Source of the DNA: Oopsacas minuta
Taxonomy: Eukaryota > Animalia > Porifera
Assembly: GCA_024704765.1 (NCBI GenBank)
Contig: JAKMXF010000066.1
Location: 1,309,673-1,373,672, forward strand
Reading direction: 5' to 3'
Length of the DNA stretch: 64,000 nucleotides
In this document: positions 35,428-49,355 of the stretch, in pieces
Numbering within the stretch: position 1 is the first letter of the stretch
Layout: every line of letters starts with the position of its first letter
The notes under the pieces: model-generated
Databases searched by the model: none
What the model was told of the DNA's origin: nothing
The model's input: only the letters and a program-made list of their open reading frames with translations
Translations under genes and position numbers: made by a program

Positions 35428-38400
35428 ATGTCTATTGGAGTACCCAAGAGAAGAGAACACAGAATGGGTGTAAATGATCGAACCTTTTCCTCAGATGCCT
35501 TGACTCAACTATACGATCCTAACCAGAAGATATTGATACTCCCTGAGCACGAACTACGTAGAATGACTAACAGTAGTCTTGAGCAGAGAAAACGTAAGAC
35601 AGAATTAGCAAAACGGAGGCAAGAAGAGAAGGAAGCATTGAAACAAAAGGCTAGAGACATCGTGAAGAAATGGGACAATACTATTGAAGGGAATAGATTG
35701 AGGAAATTAGAAGCTAGGAGGATACAAGCTGAGAAAGATGAGTTAGAGAGACAGAGACTTGATGCAGAAGAAGAGAAATATAGGTGAGCACTGATACGAT
35801 CTGACTATTGATAAATGATCTCAAACGCTATATACTATTATTCCTATAGCTAGGTTGCCAATTGCCATTGTCATTCTCTTTTATGATGTTTGATGCTGAT
35901 CTTTTACTATAAGTCAATAGAATTAGTTTTGACTATATGATTTTCTTGAATATTCTTGGCACAAAATGCTATTTTCAGCTTCACAATAATATCTCAAGGG
36001 CGTAACTAGCACTGAGTCAGATGGGGCATGCTTCCTTGCTTTTTCATCGTTGCTTCATCGCCATAGAGTAATCGCTATTAGATTAAGACAAATATTCATC
36101 CTAGCTTCCTCGCTCTGAGATATATATATATTATGTTACATGAGAATATCTTATTTGCCAAAATTCCTTTTTTTGTGATCCGCAAAGTTTCATCCAGGTT
36201 CTCATTGTATTAATAATTTCCTTGATAATTCCCTCAATATTTCTCTCAGATCAGAAGAGAAGAAGGTTGTGCTAGAGAAGGCAAATCAGCTACGTTACTT
36301 CCAAACAGATAGAGTTAAGCATCTACACAGAGGCCTGGTACTCAGCGAGGTATTGAAGGAGAGACATCAACAAGTTAAACTTAAGCAAAATATTGAGACT
36401 GAGAGAGCTAGGAGAGATGATAAGTTTATTGAGTTGGAAAAGAAGGAGAGGGAAGTGAAGGAATTAGAAGAGAAAAAGAAGAAGGAACATAGGATTAAAG
36501 AAGTATGGTGATCAAATACGTTGTTAACTCTCGTTATATCGAACACGGATAAGAAATACCACTTTAGATCCAAGTCCAAAATTGTTTAAATATGGTCTCA
36601 AACCTTCAAAGTATTATAAATTACATCGGCTATATCAAAGTAATTATCGCGGTCCCTTGAGCTTCAATATAACTGATGAAAAATTGAAAATATACTACTT
36701 TGAATGTTTGGGACTATCTTTGTACAATTTACGACTGCGATATAAGCGAGTATTTCTATATAACCATGTTCGATAGAACAGGAGTTGACTGTACTTGTTG
36801 TGGCTTCAAATGGTAATATCTTAGTATTTATGTGTAGATGTTTCGCCGCTCGAGGTACGTGCCTAGATGAATTTTATGATGCATAGTGTTCCCAATCTTG
36901 GCCTGCATAAAAAGTGTAGTCGTATATGAGAGGAGGTCCTCAGTAATTTATTGATATAGAGATCCACTTCACAACAGGTTGGGATACACAACCTTATGAT
37001 CTAGCCTCAAGTAACTATTTTCGTGGGGAATTCTTTCGAAAAATACAAAATATTTTGTGAAACTCTAATTTGGCACAAATTCCAAAAGCCACGTAAGAGC
37101 TCCAATATCACCACAGAAGGCCATTAAATGGAATTTGGATGGACCATGGATAGTAAAAAATTAACCTCAAGGCACGTAGTGTCGAGTATATCCCGTCGCG
37201 TAGCGACCCAAAAGCACGACAAATGTAGCTGTTTGATACTTATGCTAAGACAGTAGACAAAGCTCAAGGAAATTCCGCCCATCCCGCAGTGACCTAGCTA
37301 GCGAAAGCTAGTATTATAAAATATAAATACATTAAATCCACCATATGTGATTAAATAACTAATAATCATATAAGGAGAGTATTTTTGTAAAAGCAATATA
37401 TATAATTACAACCAATCTGACGACTATATATTTAGTCTATGAGTAGATTGTTACTCATTACTAAGCCATAAGCTTAGCATATAATTACTTTCTTATAACA
37501 AAATCTGTACAAAACATTTACGCATTACTGAATTCGTCTAATAACTTTTGTGTAATCATTTTACTTTATTAAATGTATTATTTAATTATAAATCTGTTCA
37601 TTTTCTTCTCATATTTTATTGTAGTTTAATCAGTTTATTTCCTCTTAATGACAGTAACTAGATATGAGTTGATAAAGTTGCAAAGGCGTTGGTCCTTTGG
37701 GGGCCTGTTCCACTCAGGTCGGATGCCTGCCGTGCATTTTTCACTAACAAACTTAATATTTGCTTAACTGTCATTTTGTAAGAAAATTTTTGTGAAAATA
37801 TTTAATTTCTTAATATTCAATATTGAAGATATTTGATAGTGATTGTAGATATATTCTATGGTGAATTATTGAATCAATTCTGAAACTCTTTCTGAGTATC
37901 AAATCTCATTCAAATTCTTTGAATTTTTTGAAATTATACTAATGTTAGTTATGATAGTATGAAGGAGACTTTGTTGGGTGAGTGGAACAGGATTGTCACA
38001 ATTATTTTCCATTCAACTTCATAATAATTAATTCTTATTATTCATACTGATTTGTAGATACTTACAAATTTTGTCCTCCCACGGCCTGGCCTGAAACTTG
38101 GAAAGAATGACGCGTTAGCCAAGTTGTCTATACAGTAAAACCTCCAACAAGTGAACACTTTTTCTCGGTCCCAAATTTTTCCCATTGTGCGAGACTTAAA
38201 CTGTAGGCTCCATTATACCTAGGTCTAATTCCACTTATATGAGATTGATTGTAATAATCAGGTTGTTAATTAGACCAATTACATCTAGTTCAGACTTTCT
38301 ACTACGTAATCTACTCTCGTGTCTCGTGTAAAATTCGATTAATAAAACTAGAGTTGAAATTGTATTATTTTAATTACACAAATATTTTGTCCTCAAAACT

Positions 38401-41400
38401 CGTATAATTGGTAGAGAAATAGGATATTAGCTGTAAATATCTTCAATTATTTGTTTATTGGATATTTTGTATATTTTCCTCATGGTTTAGAAATGGACAA
38501 AACCTTGTCTGGTTTCTCCTGCTTTGACTATTAGTTATTGGGATTGCCGGTCTGTCAGGTCATGAAAAAGTTGTTGGGTCCCCTCTCTGCTATATATAGC
38601 CGATCTTACATAGTTATTTCATAATTCTGTTTACTGGCTACTCGGTTCACAGTAGAACCTCCGAAGCCAGGAGGTTGGGCCTCAAAATTTGGTCCCCGCT
38701 TCTCCGCTTTCAGAGGTTCATTTGTATAAAATTGATGTATGTAATTGAAGCCTATTTACCCTCCGTTTGTGAGAGATTCCCGCTTCGTAGGCCCACTCCT
38801 CAGGTTCCACTGTAATTCAACGTATAGGCGTTGCAATCTTTCTGGCAAATTATCATGATTAAACTGATTATCTTAGGAAGCTGCTTGCAGACAAGAACAG
38901 CTAAAACAAGTTCAATCAAAGCTTGAAACAGCTGAAAGTGACCGTGCACAGCAACTGACAGAGCAGAAAGAATTAGACAGGCTAGCTGAGGAATATCTTA
39001 AGGAAGAAGATCTGAAAGAACAAGCAAAGAGAAAACAGATGATTGAGTACAGGAGTGAGCTGGAACATCAACAGGTTAAGATGGAGGAAGCTAGACAGGC
39101 TGCTGAACAGAAGGCAATAATAGAGGAGAATAGGAATGCTATATTTGTGACTACAAAGCGTGACATGGTGGTAAAGAGGAAGGCTAAGGAAAAAGAGCTA
39201 TTAGGTAAGAACAACAATTCTAACAACTTATATTAGTGTGTTAATATCAAGGGTGAAACCGCTTAAACCGAATATTAGCTATCTTTCTCTTCCTTATTTA
39301 TTATAGCGATAATTCTAGCATTAAACAGAGGCTATTTTCATATATAATACAACTTCATATTTCAACTGTAAATACTGAAATCTTAACCTGATTACGTAAT
39401 CGTTGTATGTTTCTGATCTATACATTCACACTCCCTTTCAGCATACAGTAGATAGTATATATCTGAATATAGATTATAGTAGAACCTCTACAAGTGAGGG
39501 AGATCAGGCCGGCGAATCTCCTGATAACTCACATTCCTCATTTATACTTTCAAACGCAAATGTCCTTTATGAGTAAATATCTATAGTCACTTCATCCAAC
39601 GACTGTGTTTTCAGTGATATTTGATTATAAGAATATGCCCTAAGTTTGTTGGTTGAATATCAAATTTGTAAGAAATTTTCTTCTGACAAACCGAAAAATT
39701 TCAATTCAACATAGTGATAACAGGTGTTTTCCTAATTTTACACAAAAATTGATTACTCAATAAACTCTATCGTATAATTCCCCACTTATAGAGGTAAATT
39801 TCAATGGTGTGAGGCATAATTTCCTCTAAAGTTTGCCCCACTTCCCGCTTATAGAGCTTCGTTTCTATGGAAATGAATGAAGATGGACCAAGATTGCCAC
39901 ACATATAGAGGTCCCCCACTTATAGAAGTTGATCTGTATCTTATAATGAATGGAAACTGAGTTATCCGTGTTCTACTGTAGCATACAAATATTGCTTCTA
40001 ATAAGACAATTTTTAACCTGAAGTGGAGAGTTTACAAATACCTTGGCGCATAACTTGGTATCTAGCTAGTACTTAGTTACAACAAGTTGTAGGAGATTTT
40101 GTGCACATGGATTGCCCTTCCAGGTCCACGGTAGAGCTATGAGATGCGCGATTTCGGTCTGGAAATACTGACGTCAGTGATTAACCTCGCTATGCTTTTG
40201 CCAACGATTTTATACTCAACATTATGAAGGATAATAATTACAAACTATTGAAATCTAATTTACTACTAAATGTATACAATAATGTAAGTTTAAAACACAA
40301 GGTTACTATCGCAATCTTCTCTGTGTGTTTCATCTGTCACGTGTTGAATTGTGTGTTGTCTACCGATTAATTTGGTGAGTTTGAAGACATTATTTGGATA
40401 GAATTTGATGGAAGCTGTAGTTAGTGTGACTGATGTCCTGTAGTTCTTCATCAAACCTTACCCAATAGAAGAAAGATTGTATTCTTCATTGGAAGAAGGA
40501 AGGGAAGATTCGAATTCAATTCAGCATACTTGATTACCTCTGTATAGAGGGGAAAACTTCTATCAATATTTGAAATTTCATAATTTGGTGTCATTTTATT
40601 CGTAAACAACAACAACAAACATATACATTAGGGAAATAAATACTAAATAGCATCATCACACTTGATCCCATGAGGGGGTCAGAAGAATTAGTATTTATTC
40701 TAAAAAGATTTTTCTATTTTTTACTCATAAACTTTCAACACTTCATAAAATCTCAAATGTTGATGTAGGAATGTCAAATTGTCTGAGAATATACCAGCAT
40801 GATGAGTAGAAGATTTGATTGGGTTTATCTTGCTTGCGCTAGAGAACCCGAGCTTTATTGAAGGATTATTATTATTTATAGTAAAGTTTGTATATGCTAT
40901 AGATCTATAAGTCTTGATGCATGTCTAATCCCAACTGTCAGATTATACATGCAGAGAAAGTATATAAAGTTACATGGGTTTTATCTTTCTCTCAGGGCAT
41001 GACCAAACCTTAACTATTCATTGACTTAATTAACTTCAAACATTTAAGGTGAGCTGCGTAACCTACAAGATCACCTGATAGACAAGTTGTCGATTCACAT
41101 GGCTCAACAGGTAGACACTGAAGACTTGAGAATAGCAGAAGCTCAGAGACAGGGAGAAGAAAAGAGACAGAAACAAGAACAGGTATCTGTGATATTCACC
41201 ACTCTAATATACGTACGCTATGTTTGTAGCTTCTTGTACAAAATTCATTTCCAATATATGTTTATCATCTGAGATACCCGTTAATTATTTTCTTAATTAT
41301 TTTCTAATGCTACTGTAAAATTTTCTATAAAAATAGTGGCAAGGTATACATATTTAAAACTTTGGAATAATTGCTTTGACAACCAAAATCTCATCATTCG

Positions 41401-42414
41401 ATTTTTTTGAATTTTCTGTACACTTCTATAGCCTAAAAATCAAGGTTGAAACCGAATACTATTTGGCAAGTAGTTCAGTATTCAGCATTCGGTTGGTCTA
41501 AACTCTATTGCTCTAAACCGAGTATTACCAGTATTCGTTTCGGCTGGTATTCATGAATACTGATATTCGGTTCGAGCGGTTTCAATCTTTGCTAAAAATA
41601 TACAATAGATGAAACAACCTGACACTTTGATAACTATCTATGCACCTATTTCTAATTTATACATGATACCTAGGCGTATATAGACCAGGACAAGCCCTGA
41701 AATTATCTGGGCGTATTATAGGTGAGGACATCACCACCTTGGAACCTCAAGTGCCTCCCCTGACATGACATCATCTTTACCCGCCCTGACTCAATGATGA
41801 TGCCATGCATCATTTTATGATGGTTGTTATGTCTCTAGGTAAAATTTGAAAATAGAGAAGAGCTGACTAAAGATTGCAAATTACACGCCCAGAAGGTTTT
41901 ACGTGAACAGGAAAGACTCCAAACAGAAGAAATTGAGAAAGGGAGGGAAGAACTTAGCAGGAGAGTTGATGCGGATCGCCGTTTCCATGAACAACAAGCA
42001 AAAATTCATTTAGAACAAATTGAAGAGTCTAAATGTTTGCAACAGAATTTAATGGATCAAGTAAAATTCGAGTATGAGAAGAAACAAACTGAACGTGACG
42101 ACAATAAATTCATTGCAGATCTCAACTATAAAATGTTGAAACAGGAAGAGAAACAATTTCAAAATTACAGTACAAAACTTATAGAACAAGTCCACAAGGA
42201 AAATCCTAACATTTATCCGCTAGTCCAGGCAGCTAAATCAGGAGGAGGTGGGGGTCATGGTCCAATTTATGACGGTAAGGGGGGTATACGTCCTAGTTTT
42301 CAAGTAAGAGACGCTACTGCTATTGAAATGCCATCCTACATTCCTCATAACCAAGTACCAAGACGAGGCTATCGTAGAGGTGAGACACAAAAACGACTCG
42401 GATTTAACCTATAA
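35428..42414 (+). CDS. CFAP210: Cilia- and flagella-associated protein 210 (CCDC173, TPH coiled-coil). Exons 35428-35783, 36250-36502, 38877-39204, 41049-41182, 41839-42414
   Basis: Motifs KWDNTIEGNRLRKLEA, YFQTDRVKHLHRGLVLSEVLKER and C-terminal GGGHGPIYDGKGGIRPSFQ...KRLGF are recognisable as CFAP210. All four inferred GT-AG introns preserve the frame. Confidence 0.88.
36519..36791. mobile_element. Tigger/pogo-type MITE in CFAP210 intron 2
   Basis: Imperfect TIRs: (T)AACTCTCGTTATATCGAA ... TTCGATAGAACAGGAGTTGACTG-TA. A related fragment lies at about 51112-51185. Confidence 0.55.
38650..38812. mobile_element. Short Tigger-type MITE
   Basis: CAGTAGAACCT ... AGGTTCCACTG-TA. Confidence 0.55.
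41441..41591. mobile_element. hAT-type MITE with 8-bp TSD
   Basis: TIR CAAGGTTGAAACCG / CGGTTTCAATCTTTG. Perfect TSD CTAAAAAT at 41433-41440 and 41592-41599. Confidence 0.85.
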
Positions 42415-43612
42415 TGAATTGTGTCTTTCAATATCATCCGTAACCCAATCACTTAAATATACTCTCTGTTATTCTACTCAATAATATATTATATACTCAC
42501 TCGATCATGAAATTTGTTCGTTTCTTTATAAAGCACACGCTATTTAACTGGATTGTGTAGTAACTGTCTGTGCAGCACTTCAACTATAGGCAGGCTATAG
42601 GCAGAGTGGACCATGAGTCGATGGGTCTGGTTCGACAGATGATCCATGACCCATCGAGTGATCACATCTCAAAATATATATTTACCAACGAACGAGTAAT
42701 TGATTCCATTTTCTCTTAAATATATATGAGAATTAGGCTATATAAAATATCTGTAATTTTAAAGTTCGTAAGTGAAGGTATTGTAATCAAGAAAATATCT
42801 AGTTTATCATATCCTTGTCATATTTGGAAGTTAATTAGAATTGTTCAACATATGAAAATCTATTTGCTTGATATTTGATGTGCTTTTCTCACTTTTTGTG
42901 CTCGTAGTCCTACCAGGGGCGCAGCCAAGTTAGTGCGGCTGTACACTATCCTGAAAATCTACCCGGCACCTCACGTATAACTTGATGGATAATAATGGAT
43001 AAAATATATTTCACAAGCAGCTTGATCATTGGAACATTATATGTATGTACATTATTAATTATAAGTTATTACTATACATTGTAGTACCGAAATTTCTCAC
43101 GCCACCTGCGCACCACCAACTAATCACACAACCTGGCTATGCCACTGGTTTAACAGTACCCACAAGAAACAGGAATATTATTACCTGATTCTTAGATTTG
43201 AGAGAAATTGAGTATAATGCAAACCTGGGGCCTTATTTACTAACAAAACTAAAAATTTGTAAGTAATTTACTAATTACAATCTATTCCCCAAACTCCTGA
43301 GTATTTATCAAAACAATGACGTCACGCTTAACCAAAATTTTACAAATCTTTGTCGAAAGCATAGAATCTGACTACTAATTAAATTGTCTTAATCTTTTAT
43401 GATTTTTCAATCAAAAAGTTAAACAAATCTTTAGTTTGTAAATGAAACAACCTCGTTTGGCGAATTTAAGAGAATATTAATAACTTAGTTATCTTCGATA
43501 TTAAATCACTTTAGTAATATAATAGTCTCATGTTACTTAAACTACATATGTACTGCGTCGTATAAATTAATGGTTGATATATCATAATTAATGTGTCTAT
43601 ACATCATACATA

Positions 43613-45638
43613 ATGTTATTCAGGTTGATTCTGCTAATAACTATCTTTGTGAATCTCTTTTCATATTGTGGAGGACATTGTAGATTACATTCAGGTAGTA
43701 GTAATTATTGTGATTATTATGTGTGTTACTTGTATTCAAACACAACAGGTGATGTAGGCGAGCTGTTGAATTATTGCGTGACACATTATCAAAACAACCA
43801 TTATCGTTACTTTCAAGAAATCCGCATTTATTTTAATGGGATCATAAACATCGACCTCAGCTTCACGAGTAGCAACATACCAAGTTTGACTTTTTCGCTT
43901 TATCAAGATGCCACTGTTTACATTAACGCTAGCATAATGAATAATTATCTAACTAATCTAGTTTTCCACTACAAGGCATACCATTTCAAACAAACTAATT
44001 TCTTCGATAACTTTCCATATCTGAAAAATTTTTACTCTGATGCATTCCTTGATTTCGACTATCCTCAAAATTTCAGGAATTTATTCCAGTTGAACAGTGT
44101 GTATATTAATCCACCAGTTGGTTCACAGTTATGGAAATTTGACATAACAATAGACGCATTTCGAGGTTTGAAACAACTAACTTCAATTGATCTCATAAGG
44201 GCTGACATATCTGATATTACATCCAATTTCCATAGACTGACACGACTTTACCATTTGGGATTGGAAGGAAATAAGATAACGAAACTTGAACTGGATGCTT
44301 TCAGGGATATGAAAAGTTTAACACACTTAGACCTAGATGGGAATGGCATCAAGGAAGTGACCGATGGAGCCTTAAACGGATTGACTGCCTTAGAGTCTTT
44401 GTCATTGAGTGGCAACCCACAATTCCCATTAAATACATTGCATACATTGAATTCTCTCACTACACTACAGATTAACTATAACTCTTATCGTACACTCCCT
44501 CCTGAACCATTTGAACAATTAGCTTCTCTTTCCACCATTTATGCTGACAATCCATTCTTCTGTGACTGTAGTCTACGCTAGACATCTGTTATATCTCAGT
44601 ATAGTCTATCTATTCAATCTGCTTATTGTCTAGAACCTGGGAAAGTGTATCAAACGCCGATTACATCAGAAACTTTGTACACAAATTGTACACGGGGATG
44701 AAACTTACAATTGTTTCAGTAAAACAGCAATTTGTCCCACTGATTCCGTATGTCGTGACACAGCTAGCAGTTATGCATGTACATGTGCTGATGGATTCAG
44801 CTTACTATCTACAGGAGACTGTACAGATGAAGACGAATGTCAACAAACACCAGGGTCACCACGTATATGTGAACACAATTGCACTAATACTAAAGGTTCC
44901 TATGAGTGCTCTTGTGACGTAGGATATCAGTTATCAGCTGATGACAGATCGTGTGAGGATATTGATGAGTGTGACATTGGTATAGGAGAATGCGTGAATG
45001 GTGAGGTTTGTGTTAATACAATAGGGAATTATGCGTGTAGAGAATCTGATTGTGTTCAGTCTTGGAACAATCTACAAGGTCCAGCTTACATTTGCTGTGA
45101 TGGGTATCGTCTTTACGACAATTCCCAATGCATTGACATAGATGAGTGCGAGGAAACTCCAAATTTGTGTGATATGCAATGCGAGAATACAAAAGGTAGT
45201 TATTCTTGTTTATGCGAGCTAGGTTTCCAATTAGTCCTAAACGGTGAATGCTTGGATATTGATGAATGCTTAACTGACAACGGAGGATGTGACGATACAT
45301 GTATAAACTCAAAAGGGAGTTATACATGCTCCTCAAGTCGTGGTAACACAATTTTGATTGCGATAGTCGCGATTTTAGCTTTGGTAATAATTTCGCTACT
45401 GATTGCATTTCCCATAGGTCTTGTGATAATACGTAGACGGATGAAGAAGAATACATACCAAGCAGTATTTCAACCTATTCCGAAACCCGTTGAGAGAGTG
45501 CATGTGCATGAAGCTCCTTCGAAAGATGCCACGGAAAATGAAGTCCTTCTAGAAAAGACGAATACTTCTGATACTATCAGTGAGACTTCTATGGAGATTT
45601 ACCCAGCTCCTATTGCTGATGTACAACCTCCTAATTAG
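43613..45638 (+). pseudogene. LRR-EGF-transmembrane receptor, copy A (nonsense codon plus frameshift)
   Basis: Signal peptide, LRRs and LRRCT (NPFFCDCSLR*). TAG at 44579-44581 stands where paralogs have TGG (LRWTSV). An extra G in GGGG 44694-44697 shifts the frame. Calcium-binding EGF repeats, a TM helix and a tail follow in the +1 frame. Confidence 0.85.
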
Positions 45639-46548
45639 TTCATGTGTGATTTAGAATTCGAATATTTTCATGTTGATTTAGGCACCTTTATAGCAAGGTT
45701 GTCAATGTATATAGTCCTTGATCATGGTCCTTGGACCCTAGTTAGAGATATTTATTTGGTGTGAAAATATTGTTTCATATTTTAATTGCTTGGATACATT
45801 TTTATACTAAGAGCCGCTTCGCTTGCTCGTGCTGCGCAGTTTGCGAACACTTTGTGCCTTTCATGCCTAATAAAACAACAAAGAATTTACAAAGAGAAAT
45901 TTGGAATCAGCATCCCTTGATAGCCATTAAGAGCAAGTCTCTACGTATATTTTACGCTTCAACTATTTATTTATCTTATTTTATATAAACAACGTAAATT
46001 TACATATGAGAAACGTGCCTGTAGCTGTATGCTATAACAATTGGGCATACATAGTCATTATCAAAAAATTGTTCTGAATTGTGGTCATAAGTGATGGGAA
46101 GTAGAGGTACTATGCATCAGGGCATAGTCTCGAGTCTGGTCAATTCGTCTATGGCCAAACCGGTTTTAAAATACATCATTGTTACGTATCAACATATAGC
46201 ACGGTTTAGTATTTTTTTATTGTTTTGAGATTGACTGGCTGATCGGTGGGTAGATTCGTTTGAGCTTTTTATTCTACTGGTCGGATCGGATTGGATCATG
46301 AAAAATAGCTTTATAGAACTTCGGTTAACACTCACAAAATTTTCAATAGCCAGACGGGTATGATTGCCGAGGCTAAGGGCCTGCGTATATATTTCCAACA
46401 TTTCAAAGATCTACGTAAAACAAAAGGTCGATACTAAATACAAATGTAACCAAATGTTTGTAAACAGAATAGATTGAATCGATTACAACATCGCAGTAAT
46501 TCAAGAAATTCATTCATACTATTGACTGCATATTATCCTGAGTATATA

Positions 46549-48882
46549 TTAGAGTGGGGCTGGATAATTCTCTATAGAAGTTTCACTAATGACGTCATCT
46601 GTAGTGTTAACCTTGTCAAGCAGTGTAGCTCCCTCGTCTATAGACCTAGATGGAATTTCATAGGCACTCTCACGTTCTATTGTTATGTGTTGTTGGTGCA
46701 TTGCGTTGAATTTCTTGTTTTTCAAAATCTTTCCGCGGATTAGAACAATACTGATTATGGTTACGAATATCCCAGTTATCCCAAGGATAATTACAACTAA
46801 GAATACTAGAGATGCTATAAAGAACTGATTTACATCAAAATATTCCTCAGGCAGGCTGACACAAGAATAACTACCTATACTATTTAGGCATATATATAAA
46901 CAGCCTCCATTTCCGGTCAAACATTCGTCAATATCTAAACACTCTGTTTTATTCACCAATTGATATCCTGTTTCACATGAACATATATAACTACCATCAG
47001 TATTCATGCAAGTCATTTGACAATGGTGTGTTGAATCTTGGCATTCATCAATATCGACACATTCATGATTACCTTGCGATGTATAACCATGGCAACAACC
47101 GCAAGTTGAATCTAGGAACTTGTCACAGTAAAGAGAGTAGCCAGACCCATTACACGCATCAAATTCTAATGTGTAAATATCAATGTTGATGCAATTAAAA
47201 TCGCCGATGGTATTCAAACATATATCTTTGCAACCTCCATTCTCCACAAGGCACTCGTCTATATCCAGACACTTTGTTTGATTCACTAATTGAAAGCCAG
47301 CATCACAAGAACACTGATAGCTACCATTGGTATTAAAACAGTTCATGTCACACTCGTCAATTGACTCCTCACACTCATCAATGTCAATACATTGAGAATT
47401 GTTATCGAGAAGATACCCATTACAACAAGTACAGAAATGATCTTGTGGATTGTTACAAGACTGAACACAACCAGATTCTCTACACGCATAATTCCCTATT
47501 GTATTAACACAAACCTCACCATTCACGCATTCTCCTATACCAATGTCACACTCATCAATATCCTCACACGATCTGTCATCAGCTGATAACTGATATCCTA
47601 CGTCACAAGAGCACTCATAGGAACCTTTAGTATTAGTGCAATTGTGTTCGCAACTAGCGTTTATAGAGCATTCATCTCTATCAGTACATACACCTTCTGT
47701 TCGTTGAATGAAACCATCACTGCATGTGCACGAAGTTCCATTAGTATTATCTCGACATACGAAGTCTTCAGGACATGAAATATTGTTAAAACATTCATAC
47801 GAACGATAAATGGTACAATTAGTGTACAGTGCTTCTGTAGTGATAGCTGTGTGATATACTTTGCTAGATTCCATGCATACAGCTGAGATAATCTGCAAAT
47901 TGTACTGTTTCACCACAGATGTCCAACGTAAGCTACAATCGCAGTAGAATGGATTGTCTGCATATATATAAGCCAGGTTATTGAGTTGCTCGAATGGTTC
48001 CGGTAATAGAGTTTTGTATGAATTATAATTTATTTGTAGCATGGTTAACGTAGTTAAGCGGTATATCGAGTGTAACGGGAATAATGGGTTACCACTGAGT
48101 GAAAGTTGATTTAACATTGTAAGTCCGTTAAAAGCGTCAGGACTCGCTACCCTTATGCCATTCCCGTCTAAGTCCAAATCATTAAGACTTTCCAGGTCTC
48201 TGAACTCACCTGGTTCTAGCTCGGTGATTTCATTACCTTCCAGTCCAAGATGTGTCAGACCGGTTAACCCTTGAAATGTGTAACGGACATCTGTGATTTC
48301 TGCTCTCACCAAATCGATATATTTCAAATTGCTTAGACCGCTGAATGCATTAGTTTTAAACATAAATTTCCATTGAGTATACCCTGATGGAGGAAGTATT
48401 CTAAAATACGTGAGTTGGTTTAACATTGTAAAGGTTTGGGGATATTTGAAATCGAGGTAAGCGTAGGAATAGAGTGATTCCAAATTGGGAAAAAATCTGA
48501 AAAAGTCAGGCTGTTTGAACTGGAATGAATTCCTGCTGAAATATATCCTAGTGATATTCGCCTGTGTAATCGTGGCATTGATGTTTACGACAATATTTTG
48601 ACTCAATGAAAATGAAATTGTCTGAATACTACTCCCTAATTTAAGATCGATATCGAGATTTTCTGTCGAATACATGTAGATATACAATTGTAGATTAGAC
48701 GAGCTATACGTACAATTAGTCAATGTTTCGCCTACCTCTCCTTCAGTATTGCTGTACAGATAGCATCTTGTAATAGTTCCTAGTAAATTGCAATAGTTCT
48801 TACTGCTCGGGACAACGCGACACTCTCCAGCTACACAGTAAATAAACGCTGCTATGCAAACCAACAATAACAGTAACTTCAT
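46549..48882 (-). CDS. LRR-EGF-transmembrane receptor, copy B (intact, intronless, 777 aa)
   Basis: Signal peptide, Cys-capped N-terminus, about 6-7 LRRs, LRRCT (NPFYCDCSLRW), about 7 DIDEC-type EGF units, TM helix FFIASLVFLVVIILGITGIFVTIISIVLI and a short tail with Tyr motifs. Confidence 0.9.
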   Translation of the reverse strand: MKLLLLLVCIAAFIYCVAGECRVVPSSKNYCNLLGTITRCYLYSNTEGEVGETLTNCTYSSSNLQLYIYMYSTENLDIDLKLGSSIQTISFSLSQNIVVNINATITQANITRIYFSRNSFQFKQPDFFRFFPNLESLYSYAYLDFKYPQTFTMLNQLTYFRILPPSGYTQWKFMFKTNAFSGLSNLKYIDLVRAEITDVRYTFQGLTGLTHLGLEGNEITELEPGEFRDLESLNDLDLDGNGIRVASPDAFNGLTMLNQLSLSGNPLFPLHSIYRLTTLTMLQINYNSYKTLLPEPFEQLNNLAYIYADNPFYCDCSLRWTSVVKQYNLQIISAVCMESSKVYHTAITTEALYTNCTIYRSYECFNNISCPEDFVCRDNTNGTSCTCSDGFIQRTEGVCTDRDECSINASCEHNCTNTKGSYECSCDVGYQLSADDRSCEDIDECDIGIGECVNGEVCVNTIGNYACRESGCVQSCNNPQDHFCTCCNGYLLDNNSQCIDIDECEESIDECDMNCFNTNGSYQCSCDAGFQLVNQTKCLDIDECLVENGGCKDICLNTIGDFNCINIDIYTLEFDACNGSGYSLYCDKFLDSTCGCCHGYTSQGNHECVDIDECQDSTHHCQMTCMNTDGSYICSCETGYQLVNKTECLDIDECLTGNGGCLYICLNSIGSYSCVSLPEEYFDVNQFFIASLVFLVVIILGITGIFVTIISIVLIRGKILKNKKFNAMHQQHITIERESAYEIPSRSIDEGATLLDKVNTTDDVISETSIENYPAPL

Positions 48883-49355
48883 GTTGTGCTCTTGAGCTTA
48901 TATGCGTACATGTAAGTAGTTTGAAATGGTGTACAAAATTACTTTCACTTTACTGATAATAAATTCTGAGTAATTATATGATTAATATATTTATTCTGAT
49001 GAGCATATACTCGTATCATTCTGATTATAATTATTTGAAATATGATATAGATATTAAATACATTATAACTACGTATGTACATGTATTTCGTCTCATAAAG
49101 ATCGTAGCAATGTATCCAGCGTCGTATTAACTGTGTTCGTAATTACGAATATATACTTTAGGCAGCTAGCAGCTAGCGCAGCACTCTAGAATATGGCGAA
49201 TCAAGCCTTATAATGTAATGATAAAGGTATACAACGCACATGAAAAGATAGGAAAATACAGTTCCAACAAAAAACTAACTAACAAATTGCAATGCATAAT
49301 CTATATATCTTCTACACAATTACTATATCTTGCGATATAATTAATTAAGGTATCT

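Noticed and set aside
36667-36690. CTGATGA...GAAA hammerhead-like core
   Set aside because: No convincing stem I, II or III pairing, and it lies within an AT-rich MITE.
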